Position numbers and translations under genes: made by a program. Below the pieces are notes generated by a model. The model was not told the origin of the DNA. It made no database searches and worked only from the letters and a program-made list of their open reading frames with translations. 64,000 bases of DNA from NCBI GenBank assembly GCA_963848305.1, contig CAWKDC010000001.1, positions 22,490 through 86,489 of the forward strand, given 5' to 3'. This DNA is from an uncultured Gammaproteobacteria bacterium. GTDB taxonomy: Bacteria; Pseudomonadota; Gammaproteobacteria; JABCZS01. Below are positions 31,467-42,228 of this stretch, one piece after another (positions within the stretch are counted from its first letter, which is position 1; every line of letters starts with the position of its first letter).

Positions 31467-31728
31467 ATGGTTGAGTGATCTTTACAATCGTGCCTGAGAG
31501 AGCCGGCGCGGCGATCTCCGCGGCAATCTTCCCGGCTGCCAGCCTACCCATCAAGTCCTGACCGAGGCTCACGAACAACGAAAATGGAATAAGGAATTTG
31601 ACCGAGGCGCTAAGCCAAAGCCAGTAGCGGACTTGGGCGCGATTCTTGCGGAAGGCGAGCGTCAGCAGCCCCACCACAACCGCAAACACCGTTGATTGCC
31701 ACAAATGGTTCGTCACCTCAGCGATCAT
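31360..31728 (-). pseudogene. blaR1/mecR1-family sensor (peptidase M56) N-terminal remnant, truncated by the IS
   Basis: MIAEVTNHLWQSTVFAVVVGLLTLAFRKNRAQVRYWLWLSASVKFLIPF is a typical BlaR1 N-terminus; the reading frame runs into IS-derived sequence after about 87 aa. Confidence 0.6.
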
Positions 31729-32125
31729 TTCGATTCATGCTTCCTTTCTGCTTGTGTTCGAGATCAAGCTTCTTGATGGTCTTCTCCAACTCTCGAACGT
31801 CATCAAGGGTGAGCTTCCCCGCTTCGGCCAACTGCGCCATCATGGGTTGAGCCTGCCCTCCGAAGAAACTCAGAATGTCGTCAAGGAGCCGGCGGCGTGC
31901 CACGTCCCGGGGCACCGTCGGTTCGAAAATATGAGCGTTGCCGATCTTCCGGACTCGGCGCACTGCCTTCTTGCCCTCCAGCCGGTACACCGTGGTCTGG
32001 ATGGTGGTGTATGCCGGCCGAGGCTCCGGAAACGACTCCTGGATCTCCCGAATGGCTGCCTTTCCATGGGTCCATAGGACTTCGAGGATTTGGAGTTCGA
32101 GCTTGGTCAATTTTGGTCGGGCCAT
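31718..32125 (-). CDS. BlaI/MecI/CopY-family transcriptional repressor
   Basis: MARPKLTKLELQILEVLWTHGKAAIREIQE...YTTIQTTVYRLEGKKAV winged-helix N-terminus plus a C-terminal dimerisation helix; the internal start at 32125 is preferred (GAAGG RBS). Confidence 0.7.
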   Translation of the reverse strand: MARPKLTKLELQILEVLWTHGKAAIREIQESFPEPRPAYTTIQTTVYRLEGKKAVRRVRKIGNAHIFEPTVPRDVARRRLLDDILSFFGGQAQPMMAQLAEAGKLTLDDVRELEKTIKKLDLEHKQKGSMNRNDR

Positions 32126-32150
32126 GTGCCTTCTACTATTCTCCATCTAA

Positions 32151-32168
32151 AATTACTACAATATAGTA
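32151..32168. promoter_or_regulatory. perfect 18-bp dyad TACTACAATATAGTAGTA upstream of blaI; candidate BlaI operator
   Basis: An inverted repeat sits 26-43 bp upstream of the preferred blaI start; BlaI/MecI operators are TACA/TGTA-type dyads. Confidence 0.5.
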
Positions 32169-32988
32169 GTATGTCAAGAAAAATATTTTGCGACCTTGGA
32201 GGGCGATTGGTCGCCCGCTCGAAGCTGATCGACACTCCCGCTGATTACTCCTGCGTGGTCGCCCAGCGTCTACCGATCCATGGAAATCTGGGCGGATCAC
32301 GGCCACTCGGAAGCTATTCCGGTCAAGTCCCCTTCGAGGAGGTTTGTCCTGGCAGAGCACTCGCCGGATTAATCGCGAGTAACGGCGTACGGTAGAGCGG
32401 TCGCCCAGTTCCCGCCTCGCGCAGTCTGCACCTATTATCGGCAATACGCCGCCAGCCGGCTGTAGCGTCATCTAAGCCGTTAACCTAGGGATTGGAAGCG
32501 CCCCAAAGCCCGCGATGCGGGCGTGATCATGTCGCCATGGGAAAAACGTAGGGGAACATGTTCTGAGCCCCGGAGGGGGCGACATCGGGCCCCGTTGGTG
32601 GGGAATCAAGCACGGTCGGCGGCAGGTTTTGGCCAGAAGAATTCACCGATGCCGCCCCTACGGGGCTGACGAGGCCCGCATGGCATCAGCATCCCACGGC
32701 TGGCTAGCCGTGGGCTACAGGATGTCGCCACTGCCGCGGCTTTGGATCAGACCACTTCCCTTGGGTTGACGCTTATTGGCCGGTTGGCCTGGGCATTGTT
32801 AGGACGCCCATTTGGGGCTGGGAAGTACGAACGTCTATGTCGAATTCACTCCATCAAATTAGGACATCACCGGATGCCCCAATAATTTGACAATCGCGGA
32901 AACTGGCTTTATCAATAATAGGGCTGGAATTTCAGGCAAGTCCTTCCGATAAAAGAAAATCCAGACTGACAATAGAGCGGAGGTTTTT

Positions 32989-34461
32989 GTGCGGCAACCA
33001 GAAAAGGCGACGGTGGGAGTATTCGGGATTGGGCTGGCGGCATACTGGCCACAGTTCCACGGGCTCAAGGAGCGGCTGGAAGGCTACCAGCGCAAGGTGG
33101 AACAGCGCATCGGCCAATGGGCCACGGTCGTCAGCGCCGGCCTGGTGGACGACACTCCCAAAGGTCTCCAAGCCGGTGAAGCCTTTCGTCGCGCGAGCGT
33201 CGATCTGGTTTTCTGCTACGTCGGCACCTACGCAACTTCCTCCACCGTATTGCCCGTCATCCAACACGCCAAGGCGCCCGTGGTGGTTCTGAACCTGCAA
33301 CCACGCGCCGCGCTCGATTATGCGCACACCGATACGGGCGAGTGGCTGGCCAACTGCTCCGCCTGCTGCGTTCCGGAAATCTCCGGAGCGTTTGCCCGCG
33401 CGGCCATTCCCTTCCGGCAAGTCACCGGCATGCTCGACCCGGAACCCGATGTGCGCGAACCGAGCGAATCCGCGTGGAGCGGAAATCGAGGAATGGTGCG
33501 CCGCCGCCAGGGTGGTTCACAATCAGCGCCGGGCTCGCATCGGATTCCTCGGGCACCCCTACCCCGGAATGCTCGATATGTACAGCGACTTCACCCAGCA
33601 CCAGGCGCAACTGGGGACGCACATCGAAGTTGCTGGAAATGTGCGACCTGGAGGCGCGCGTGAGCGCCGCCACGGATGCCGAGATCGCGCGCAAGGCGGA
33701 GGAGACGCGCAGCATCTTTGACATCAGTGAGGACAGCCCGTCCGACCCGCTGGCGAAAAAGCCCGCCCCGGAGCAGATGGATTGGGCCTGCCGCGTTGCC
33801 GTGGGGCTCGATCACCTGGTGGAGGATTTTGACCTCGACGGCCTGGCCTACTACTACCGCGGCGTGGGCGGCAACATGTATGAGCGGATCTGGGCGCGGC
33901 GTGATCCTGGGATGCTCGCTGCTGACCGCGCGCGGAATTCCCTGCTCCGGTGAAGCCGATCTGAAAAATTGCCAGGCGATGAAGATCATGGACCTGCTGG
34001 GCGCGGGAGGCAGCTACACGGAGCTTTACGCCATGGACTTCCGCGAGCGCTTCATCCTGATGGGCCACGACGGCCCCTTCCATCTGGCCATCGCCGAAGG
34101 CCGGCCGATCCTGCGCGGGCTCGGCCTCTACCATGGCAAATCGGGATTCGGCGTCAGCGTGGAAGCCAGCGTGCGCAAAGGCCCCATCACCATCCTCGGC
34201 CTCACCCAAACCTGCGATGGCCGGCTGAAATTTCTCGCGGCCGAAGGCGAATGCCTCGCCGGCGAGCGGCTGAAGATCGGCAACACCAACAGCCGCCTGC
34301 GATTCGCGCTTGAACCCGCGCCGTTCATCAATGCCTATTGCAGCGAGGGGCCTACCCACCATTGCGCGCTGGGCGTCGGCCACGTCCTGGGCAAGCTTAA
34401 GAAGGTGTCATGGCTCACGGGGCTGGAACTGAAAGTCATCGGGCCGACGAGCGGGCAATAA
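32989..34461 (+). CDS. L-arabinose isomerase family protein (AraA-like), with about three frameshifts
   Basis: N-terminus VGVFGIGLAAYWPQF...VDLVFCYVGTYATSS...VVVLNLQP; the C-terminal part RFILMGHDGPFHLA...NAYCSEGPTHHCALGVGH; fragments in three frames. Confidence 0.5.
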
Positions 34462-34777
34462 GCGTTTCGTCAAGTTACCAGGATGCAAGCATAGGAGCCC
34501 AGTGCCACGAGCGAGCGCAATGCTCTCCTCGAGTGGTCGCAGGCGAAAGAATGTGTTGCAGTTTACCACACAGGTGTGCGCAAATTTCCCCACAAATAGT
34601 CCTACCCACACCGGCATAAGTGTTCAACTTTTAAACAAACCGACCCCTGAATAGACATTTAGTTCCTGTTATGACGCAGACTTTTGGTCATAGTCTTGCG
34701 CGGAACCGTGCAGATCCGCGGCTTGGAGGACTTTATCCACCGCAAATTCGGAAGAGAGTGCTGCTTCGGATTGGGGG

Positions 34778-35242
34778 ATGGCATTGAGTCGCTTTTTCCG
34801 AGATTCCGGACACTTGATTCGTCCCGCGCTGGTCCTGCTGGCGGGAGTGGTTATCTTTCTGATTATCCGTGCCGCTGTGGTGCCCAAAGACTTTGGGAAA
34901 TATGGACACTACCGGGCGGGTGCGCTTGACATGATCGCCGCGCTCCCCATTGCCTATGCCGGCGGAAGCCAATGCGCCCTCTGCCACGACCAGGAAGCCA
35001 AGGTGCATGACGGGGGTAAGCATGCGAGTGTGCATTGCGAGGCCTGCCACGGCCCCCTGGCCAAACACGCTGACGATCCCGTCGCCAATGTGCCCAAGCT
35101 GCCCGACGTAGCCAACCTCTGCCGGCGCTGCCATGAAAAAGACGCCGCCAAGCCGAAAGGCTTTCCCCAAGTGGATACGGTCGCGCACTCCCAGGGCATG
35201 CTTTGCAACACTTGTCACCAGCCGCACAATCCGCACCTCTGA
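34778..35242 (+). CDS. membrane-anchored tetrahaem cytochrome c (NrfH/NapC-like)
   Basis: N-terminal TM helix LVLLAGVVIFLIIRAAVV; four CxxCH motifs (CALCH, CEACH, CRRCH, CNTCH) in 154 aa. Confidence 0.7.
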   Translation: MALSRFFRDSGHLIRPALVLLAGVVIFLIIRAAVVPKDFGKYGHYRAGALDMIAALPIAYAGGSQCALCHDQEAKVHDGGKHASVHCEACHGPLAKHADDPVANVPKLPDVANLCRRCHEKDAAKPKGFPQVDTVAHSQGMLCNTCHQPHNPHL

Positions 35243-35258
35243 GGGAGGAGTTAGAAGC

Positions 35259-35999
35259 ATGGAATTCAGCAGGCGAGACCTCTTCAAGATTGGCGGAAAA
35301 ATCCTGGTGCTGGCCTCCACCGGCGCCACGCTCGAACAGATCATGGGCGCTGCCCCTGCGCCTGAAGCCTACCGGAGGGCGGACCACTGGTGGGGCATGA
35401 TCATCGACATCGACAAGTGCATTGGCTGCGGAAGCTGTGTGCGCGCCTGCTCGCAGGAGAACCACGTGCCCGCCGGGTACTTCCGGACCTGGGTGGAGCG
35501 GTATCAGGTGGAGGAAGGAAAGCAGCCCATCGTCGACTCGCCCAATGGAGCGATGGAGGGCTTCCCCGTCGCTACGCGCGCGGGCCTCAAGAGCTTCTTC
35601 GTTCCCAAACTTTGCAACCACTGCGCCGATTCCCCATGCGTGCAGGTCTGCCCGGTGGGTGCGACGTTCCTGAGCCCGGATGGCGTCGTCCTGGTGGACA
35701 CGACCTATTGCCTTGGCTGCCGGTATTGCATCCAGGCTTGCCCGTATGGCTGCCGTTACCTGCATCCGGAAAAACATGTGGTGGATAAGTGCTCGCTCTG
35801 CTATCACCGCATTACCAAGGGTCTCACCACCGCCTGCTGCGAGAACTGTCCCACAGGGGCGCGCCAATTGGTGGATTTCAAAAACCCCAACGATCCCGTT
35901 CACGAGTTCCTGCGCAATAACAAAGTCGAGGTGCTGAAGCCGTATATGGCCACGGGAGCGAAGGTCTACTACAAGGATCTGGATGGCGCGGTGCGATAA
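35259..35999 (+). CDS. Tat-exported 4Fe-4S ferredoxin-type subunit (NrfC/PsrB/HybA/DsrO-like)
   Basis: MEFSRRDLFKIGG twin-arginine signal; four Cys clusters CIGCGSCVRAC, CNHCADSPCVQVC, CLGCRYCIQAC, CSLCYHRI; GAGGGAGGAG RBS. Confidence 0.8.
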   Translation: MEFSRRDLFKIGGKILVLASTGATLEQIMGAAPAPEAYRRADHWWGMIIDIDKCIGCGSCVRACSQENHVPAGYFRTWVERYQVEEGKQPIVDSPNGAMEGFPVATRAGLKSFFVPKLCNHCADSPCVQVCPVGATFLSPDGVVLVDTTYCLGCRYCIQACPYGCRYLHPEKHVVDKCSLCYHRITKGLTTACCENCPTGARQLVDFKNPNDPVHEFLRNNKVEVLKPYMATGAKVYYKDLDGAVR

Positions 36000-36011
36000 A
36001 GGAGCGAAGCA

Positions 36012-37063
36012 ATGATTCCTGGCGTTGAAGGCTTCATGTACCCCAACGAGGTGGAGTTGCAGTGGGGCCTGCTCATTGTGCTCTACCCTTACATCACCGG
36101 GCTGGTGGCCGGCGCCTTCATCCTGGCGTCGCTCGAGCGCGTCTTCAAGGTGAAAGGCCGTGCGGCCCACTTACCGCCTGGCCTTGCTGACGGCGCTCGG
36201 CTTCCTGCTGGTAGCGCCCCTGCCCCTGCAATTGCACCTGGGGCATCCCGAGCGCTCCATGGAGATGTACCTCACGCCCCACGCGATCCTCGGCCATGGC
36301 CATGTTCGGTTTTGTGTACTTGTGGTACCTCATGGTGGTGCTGCTGCTCGAGGTCTGGCTGGAGTACCGCGCGGACATCGTGCACCTGGCGCAAACCACC
36401 ACTGGCGTTCGGCGACTCATCTACAAACTGCTCACCCTGGGGTCGATGAATGTCAGCCCCGAGGCGCGGCGAATCGACGAAAAGGTCAGCTACGTGGTTA
36501 CCGTCATCGGCATCCCCTCGGCGTTTCTGCTGCACGGGTACGTGGGATTTATCTTCGGCTCGGTGAAGGCCAATCCCTGGTGGTCCACTCCCCTCATGCC
36601 CGTCGTGTTCCTCTTCTCGGCGATGGTTTCAGGCATTGCGGCGGTCCTGGTGCTGTACATGGCCTTCATGAAGGTGGAGAAGATGTCCATCGACATGCCG
36701 TGCCTCGACACCATTGCCAAATACCTCTTTTACACCTTCGTCATCGACTTCTCGCTGGAGATGCTGGATCTGGTGCATCGCACCTACGAGGCCGATGAAT
36801 CCTTCCGCTCCCTGGATTTCATGGTGCACACACGATTGTGGGGATCGCAAGTGATTCTCCAGATCATCGTGGGTACGCTGGTGCCCCTGACGATCCTTGC
36901 GGCCAACCAGCTTTGGCGGTTCTCGGAAGTTCGCCGCAAGGCGATGTATCTCATTGCCTCTCTGCTGACCCTGATTGGCATCTTCGCCATGCGCTGGAAC
37001 GTGGTGATCGGGGGCCAGTTGTTTTCCAAGAGTTTCCTTGGGATACACCTCTTACAAAGTTGA
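36012..37063 (+). CDS. NrfD/PsrC-family polytopic membrane quinone-interacting subunit, with two frameshifts
   Basis: Pieces in ORFs 36012.., 36160.., 36296..; hydrophobic helices and the conserved NrfD-like N-terminus (ELQWGLLIVLYPYITGLVAG). Confidence 0.65.
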
Positions 37064-37103
37064 ATTCGCAGCCAAGGAAGGCTTGCTGCCGGCCATCGGA
37101 TTA

Positions 37104-37181
37104 ATGATTCTGCCCTTCGTAATCGTCGTTGCCCTGGTGAAGCTTCTGCCCCCATGGGAAGGGGAAGCCAGCAAGGTCTAA
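37104..37181 (+). CDS. possible 25-aa single-TM micro-protein after the NrfD-like gene
   Basis: MILPFVIVVALVKLLPPWEGEASKV; no RBS verified. Confidence 0.2.
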   Translation: MILPFVIVVALVKLLPPWEGEASKV

Positions 37182-37191
37182 AGGAGCTGCC

Positions 37192-38912
37192 ATGTTGCAG
37201 GCAGATCTGGACGAACTGCGCCAGCAGGTTCGCGATCTTACGAACCGTATCTCTCGTCTGGAGGAATCTCTCGCGCCCCGCGAGAGCGTGACGCCCGACC
37301 CGGGAAGCAGAGCCTCCTCGCCCTGCCCGAGGATCCCGGACATCCTCTCGCAAGTTCCCGACACCACTTCCGTTCTCCCGGTTCTCGGAGGCGGGCTTCT
37401 CGGCTTGGCAGGCGCCTACCTGCTGCGGGCCATCGCCGAATCGGGAGCCCTTCCACCGAGGGCGGTCTTCACGCTGGGAACCCTCTACGCCGTGGCCTGG
37501 CTGCTCTGGGCGGCGCGAGTTCCCGTCGAACGCCGGTTCGCGCACCACCTTGTACAGCCTCACGTCCGTGCTGATCCTTTCACCGCTGCTTTGGGAGTCC
37601 ACGCTGCGCTTTCACATCATCACCACTGCGGAGGCCAGTGTGATTCTCATGGCCTTACACCCTGATCGGCCTGGCGGTATCCTGGCAGAGGGACTTGCTG
37701 ATCGTTGCCACCATTACTACCCTCGCGGGCCTGACCACGGCCGGCGCGCTGCTGATCGCCACGCACGACGTGCTGCCCTTCACCTTTGTCTTCCTGGCCA
37801 TCGCTGCGGCGGTGGAAGTGTGCGCTTGCCTCAACCACTGGCTGGGTGAGCGGTGGCTGGCGGCGGCCGCCGCCAATCTTTCCGTCCTGCTGGCCACCTG
37901 GCTGGTCACCAATCCCCGCGGCCTTCCGGAGGTCTACGCGCCCATTCCGGTACGCGCCCTGTTCGCCGCGCAAATGGCGCTGGTGGCCATCTACCTCTCC
38001 AGCGTTATGGTGCGGACCCTCCTGCGCGGCCTTGCCTTTACTAATTTCGAAACCGGGCAATGCGCTCTGGCCTTTGTGATTGGCGTCGGAGGCGCACTTC
38101 GCTTGTCCGCGGGCGGTGCGCACATCGCTCCCGCCCTGGGGGCATTCGCGCTGGTGTGCGGCGCGGCATGTTACGCGATCTCGTTCATGGTGCTGGAACG
38201 CCACGGCTCGCACGGCCGCAACTTTTACACCTACTCGACCTTCGGAATGCTGTTAGTCCTGGTCGGCTGCCGAATCCTGTTGAATGACGGCGCGGCCGCG
38301 GTCGTATGGTCCGCACTGGCCATAGCGTGTATCGGCGCGGGCGGGCTCTGGGCCAGGCTGACGCTGGAAATTCACGGCGGCATTTATCTGGTACTGGCGC
38401 TCGCGCTCTCGGGCGCCTTCCAGCAAGCCGCAGGGTTTCTCTTGGGAGCCGATCTCTGGCCCGGTTCGGCCCCTACGGCGCTCTGGATCGGCGCGGCGGT
38501 GGCCGGAGCCAGTTACCTGCTGGCCGTGCGGTTCACTCCCTCTCTCAGCGGCTGGAATTTCCGCGCCCTCCGCGTGGCCGTTGCAGCCGTCCTGGTTTGG
38601 GTGGTGTTGGGCCTTTCGGCGGGAGGCCTGACCGGTATTTATCACGGACTCTTCGGTTTCGAAGCCGGAAACCCCTATTGCGCAACCCTGCGGACCGGCG
38701 CCGTGACAGCCGCTGCCGTGCTGCTGGCCTTGGCGGGTTCCCGCCCCTACTTCAGCGACCTTGCTCAATTGGTTTATCCTCTCATGCTCCTGGGCGCCTA
38801 TCGCCTGGTCGCCGACGATATGCACCAGGATCGCAAGGCCGTCCTGTTCCTCTCGCTGCTGCTTTATGGCGCCGCGCTCATGGCGATACCTCGTCTCCGG
38901 CGTTCTGGGTAG
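37192..38912 (+). CDS. DUF2339-like polytopic membrane protein with an N-terminal coiled coil (two frameshifts)
   Basis: MLQADLDELRQQVRDLTNRISRLEESL followed by more than 10 predicted TM helices across three frames. Confidence 0.45.
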
Positions 38913-39010
38913 AGTCCATGAGGGGCGCGGCCGACAGCTATCTGGGTGGAACTTCCAGCCACAAGTCGATCTGCGCCTCTGGGAGGCACCGAGAAAACCG
39001 GGCTAGGCGG

Positions 39011-39216
39011 CAAAACTGTTCACCTAGCTGTCGTCAGGGATTAAACGAATCTAGTTACGTGCGAAGCACCTTGGAGTGCGTGTGGCAGCAGCCACCGCCT
39101 TTCATTCGTGCGAGTTCCGTATGAATCTCGGGCGGAAGGCGGTGGCTGCTGCCACACGCACTCCAAGGTGCTTCGCACGAGCCCATGTCAAAATGCGCGC
39201 TAAGTGAAAAGTGTTG
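39011..39216. mobile_element. MITE-like element copy 2 (206 bp), inserted at the stop codon of the acyltransferase gene
   Basis: Co-linear with 17309-17514 apart from a few substitutions and an inverted 38-nt loop; TSD gggctaggcgg / gggctagccgg at 39000-39010 and 39217-39227. Confidence 0.7.
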
Positions 39217-39219
39217 GGG

Positions 39220-40416
39220 CTAGCCGGGACGGGAAAGAACGTAGGTGAATCGTTCCTTGAGTCTTAGGAACGGCAGCTCCAGGAATTGATATGAGGCTAT
39301 GGAAAAGGCAACCGTAAGCGCGAGACCCAGCAAGGCATACACAGGGTAAAGCCCCGCATGAAGCGTCCCAAGGACTTTGCGCGCCAGGAGCAAAGACAAA
39401 TAGTGATAGACGTAGAGCCCATAAGAGATTTTGCCCAAATACACGAGTCGAAACCAACCGACCATCCGCATGCGTTCCACGGGCAGACCGAGGGCAGAAA
39501 GAAACAGCAAAGTACATGCGGCCGCTACCAAAGGGAAACCTAACATTCCACGCAGCAGGGTGGGGGCAGCGCCAGGTGCCGTGCCACCAAGGAGTTCGGC
39601 TGCCCCCATCAACCCCCCGAGCCCAACAATAACAAAAATCAAACGCACACCGATGGAAAGTGAGGGGATTTTTCCCCGAAGACCCAGGGAGATGAGAATG
39701 CCCACCGCAATGCCATCGAGCCTGGTAAAAGTGCTGTACGAAAGCATCTGCATGGTTGTGTGCCCAGCCAGCAGAATAAACCGCGTCCCCGAAGCCAGCA
39801 CCAGCAGCCCGACCGCCACTGCGGCCAGGCGCTTAGGCGAAGACCTCCGTACCACCCGGGGCCAAAGCAAATAGAATTGCTCCTCCACCGAGACGCTCCA
39901 TAGCGGCAAGGCAACCGAAGCAGGAAGTCCATGCAGCGCACTGATCCAGTTGCCACTCAGGAGAAGAAAGGCCAGCACGTATTGCCAGGTAAAAATCTGC
40001 CCAGCCACAAACTCGTGGAGCGTCCAGGCAATCCCGATAAAGAAGAAATAAAGCGGCCAAATTCGCAGGATGCGGCGCACGTAGAAGGCTTTCACATCAA
40101 GAAACCCACGCTTCGCCTTTTCTCTCACCAGCAACTCCGTAATAAGGTAAGAGCTCAGCACAAAAAACAGGTCAACACCGAAGTTCCCGGCCCCCAGAGC
40201 ATCATTGCCCAGGCGAATCAAGCTCGATACCAGCGGCATTACCGTGTAACGCAGCAGTTCCGGTGGAATAGAACGGGGCTTGAGATGATAAAAGAAAACG
40301 CCAAGAAACGCGAAGAAGCGAAGCACATCCAGCTCCGGCCGATAAAAGCGCTCTCCGGTTCCAATTTTCGACCCGGCGATCTCATTCGAATTCCGGATCA
40401 AGCCCGGTGGGATCAT
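39220..40416 (-). CDS. acyltransferase family 3 (polysaccharide O-acyltransferase) membrane protein
   Basis: LDVLRFFAFLGVFFYH..., 10 or more TM helices. Confidence 0.7.
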   Translation of the reverse strand: MIPPGLIRNSNEIAGSKIGTGERFYRPELDVLRFFAFLGVFFYHLKPRSIPPELLRYTVMPLVSSLIRLGNDALGAGNFGVDLFFVLSSYLITELLVREKAKRGFLDVKAFYVRRILRIWPLYFFFIGIAWTLHEFVAGQIFTWQYVLAFLLLSGNWISALHGLPASVALPLWSVSVEEQFYLLWPRVVRRSSPKRLAAVAVGLLVLASGTRFILLAGHTTMQMLSYSTFTRLDGIAVGILISLGLRGKIPSLSIGVRLIFVIVGLGGLMGAAELLGGTAPGAAPTLLRGMLGFPLVAAACTLLFLSALGLPVERMRMVGWFRLVYLGKISYGLYVYHYLSLLLARKVLGTLHAGLYPVYALLGLALTVAFSIASYQFLELPFLRLKERFTYVLSRPG

Positions 40417-40428
40417 AGAAGTCCTAAG

Positions 40429-41340
40429 CTAAGAGTGAGGGTTGGTCATGTCTTCAAGCCTTTGGACGACGTCTTTCTTAAGGCTGCCCGGACATACGGC
40501 TACGAAATCATAACCCGACGGTCTGCTCATTCCCCTTGTGACTCGGTACAATTGCGTGGACCAATACTTCTTCTGGTCATACGCTAAGAACTCGTATCCC
40601 ATTCCGGCGAGCAAGGTGACGACGTTCTCTGACCAAAACCCGTCTTTCCCCAAGTGGCACTCGAACAACACGACGCCCGGTTTCTGATCTTGCATCCAGT
40701 CCCGCATCGATTCGAGAACCACTCCTTCATGACCCTCCACGTCGATTTTGATCAGTGATACCTGCCGGCAATCCAGAGCCCGGACAAACTCTCCCGCATC
40801 CTCGACGCGAACGTGGATCCTTTCGCCGGGAAGTTGCTGGTCCTCTGAAACCATGCTTGTCCTCCCCAGATTGCCAACCTCAATAACTGCCATCTCCGCC
40901 GACCCGCTTCGATTGGACAGAGCGCATTCATGGATTACGGCCTGCCGGTAGCCATTGATAAGCATCGATTTTCGAAGACACTGCGCTATCGCGGGTTGGG
41001 GCTCGAAAAAGTGAACTTTCCCTTCCTCTCCCACCTTCTTGCAGGCGAAGAGGCCAACGACACCAAAGTTGGCACCGATGTCCAAGACCGTATCGCCAGG
41101 ACGCAACACAGCCTCCAGCACGCAGGTGATCCGAGGGTCGTGCTCCCCCCAGAGATACATCGCACGACCGACATAGTCATTCAGGAAGACGATCGCCCGC
41201 GCACCATATCGGAGCTCGGCGGTGGCGACTCCTTCACCGCACATCCATGCGGCGATTGCCGAGTCGGTGATGCGATGACCAACCTTGACCGTTTTCAACT
41301 TGCGGACAACGCTGGCAAGTGCAGCACGCGCATATTCCAC
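40429..41340 (-). CDS. FkbM-family methyltransferase
   Basis: VLDIGANFGVVGLF...HFFEP...IKIDVEGHEGVVL. Confidence 0.7.
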   Translation of the reverse strand: MEYARAALASVVRKLKTVKVGHRITDSAIAAWMCGEGVATAELRYGARAIVFLNDYVGRAMYLWGEHDPRITCVLEAVLRPGDTVLDIGANFGVVGLFACKKVGEEGKVHFFEPQPAIAQCLRKSMLINGYRQAVIHECALSNRSGSAEMAVIEVGNLGRTSMVSEDQQLPGERIHVRVEDAGEFVRALDCRQVSLIKIDVEGHEGVVLESMRDWMQDQKPGVVLFECHLGKDGFWSENVVTLLAGMGYEFLAYDQKKYWSTQLYRVTRGMSRPSGYDFVAVCPGSLKKDVVQRLEDMTNPHS

Positions 41341-41406
41341 TATCTGAAACTCCTTTACCCCAGGAAAGGGGAGCGTGGCTAGGTTCCCGGACGAATGACC
41401 TTCAGC

Positions 41407-42228
41407 TCATTTACGTTTCGACGCCCAAACATGAAGATCCTTAATTCGTGGGTGGGTCTCGATCTGGTTGAATCCCAGAGTGCGCAGTAAACCAATGACG
41501 TCGTCTGGCTTCAAATTCGGGGGCAGAAACCCAGGGTGGACTTCACAACAAACAAGTTCGCAAGAGGGCTGGGAGAGCGTCCGAGTGAGTCCCTGAAGAA
41601 CGGAATGCTCATGTCCTTCCACATCGATCTTTACTGCCCGAGGTGGAACCAAGCCCCGACTTTCGACAAAACGATCACCGTGGACGACGTTCACACGCTC
41701 CGCGTGCACAGGCGCGCCATCGCCGTCATCGGAGCCAACAATGCGCCCTGCGCCCGCCACGTCACCGGTCTGAAGCGTGGCATTGCCGTCCCGGTTACTG
41801 AGTGCCAACCGAAAGGGCTGAACGTTGTCCAGGTTATTCAGCTTTAGATTCTCCCGCAATCGTCCGTAGGAGTCAGGTTCAGGCTCGAAAGCAACAACGC
41901 GTCCCTCTTCCCCTACTACCTGGGCAAGAAAGACCGTGTACAAGCCCGTCGCTGCGCCGATGTCGTAGAGACAATCTCCTGGGGTGAGCTTCCCCATCAA
42001 GAACTCGAGCGTCTCGCGCTCTCCACCCATGGAATCCAAAGCCTGAACCGTGGATGCTGAATAGACATGGAATTGCGCTTGTCGCCCGGCTACGGAGATC
42101 TGATGTTTACCGCCTTTAGGAGCAAAGCAAAACCGATATACCCTAAGCAGGAGACCGCGGATCCCCAATAAATCCGTCAACCGAACGAAGAATGGATGTC
42201 GGGCAATTCTCTTCAACGAATCTCGCAT
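41407..42228 (-). CDS. FkbM-family methyltransferase (second copy)
   Basis: CLYDIGAATGLYTVFLA...AFEPEP...VKIDVEGHEHSVL. Confidence 0.7.
   Translation of the reverse strand: MRDSLKRIARHPFFVRLTDLLGIRGLLLRVYRFCFAPKGGKHQISVAGRQAQFHVYSASTVQALDSMGGERETLEFLMGKLTPGDCLYDIGAATGLYTVFLAQVVGEEGRVVAFEPEPDSYGRLRENLKLNNLDNVQPFRLALSNRDGNATLQTGDVAGAGRIVGSDDGDGAPVHAERVNVVHGDRFVESRGLVPPRAVKIDVEGHEHSVLQGLTRTLSQPSCELVCCEVHPGFLPPNLKPDDVIGLLRTLGFNQIETHPRIKDLHVWASKRK

Noticed and set aside
32470-32900. About 840-bp gap between blaI and the araA-like gene, with GC-rich pseudo-palindromes
   Set aside because: No ORF with coding signal and no identifiable RNA family; it may be the debris of the rearrangement.
34863-36170. 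435-aa minus-strand ORF
   Set aside because: It is antisense to the well-supported cytochrome c and FeS genes (CxxCH and Cys clusters in the plus frames); it is a GC artefact.
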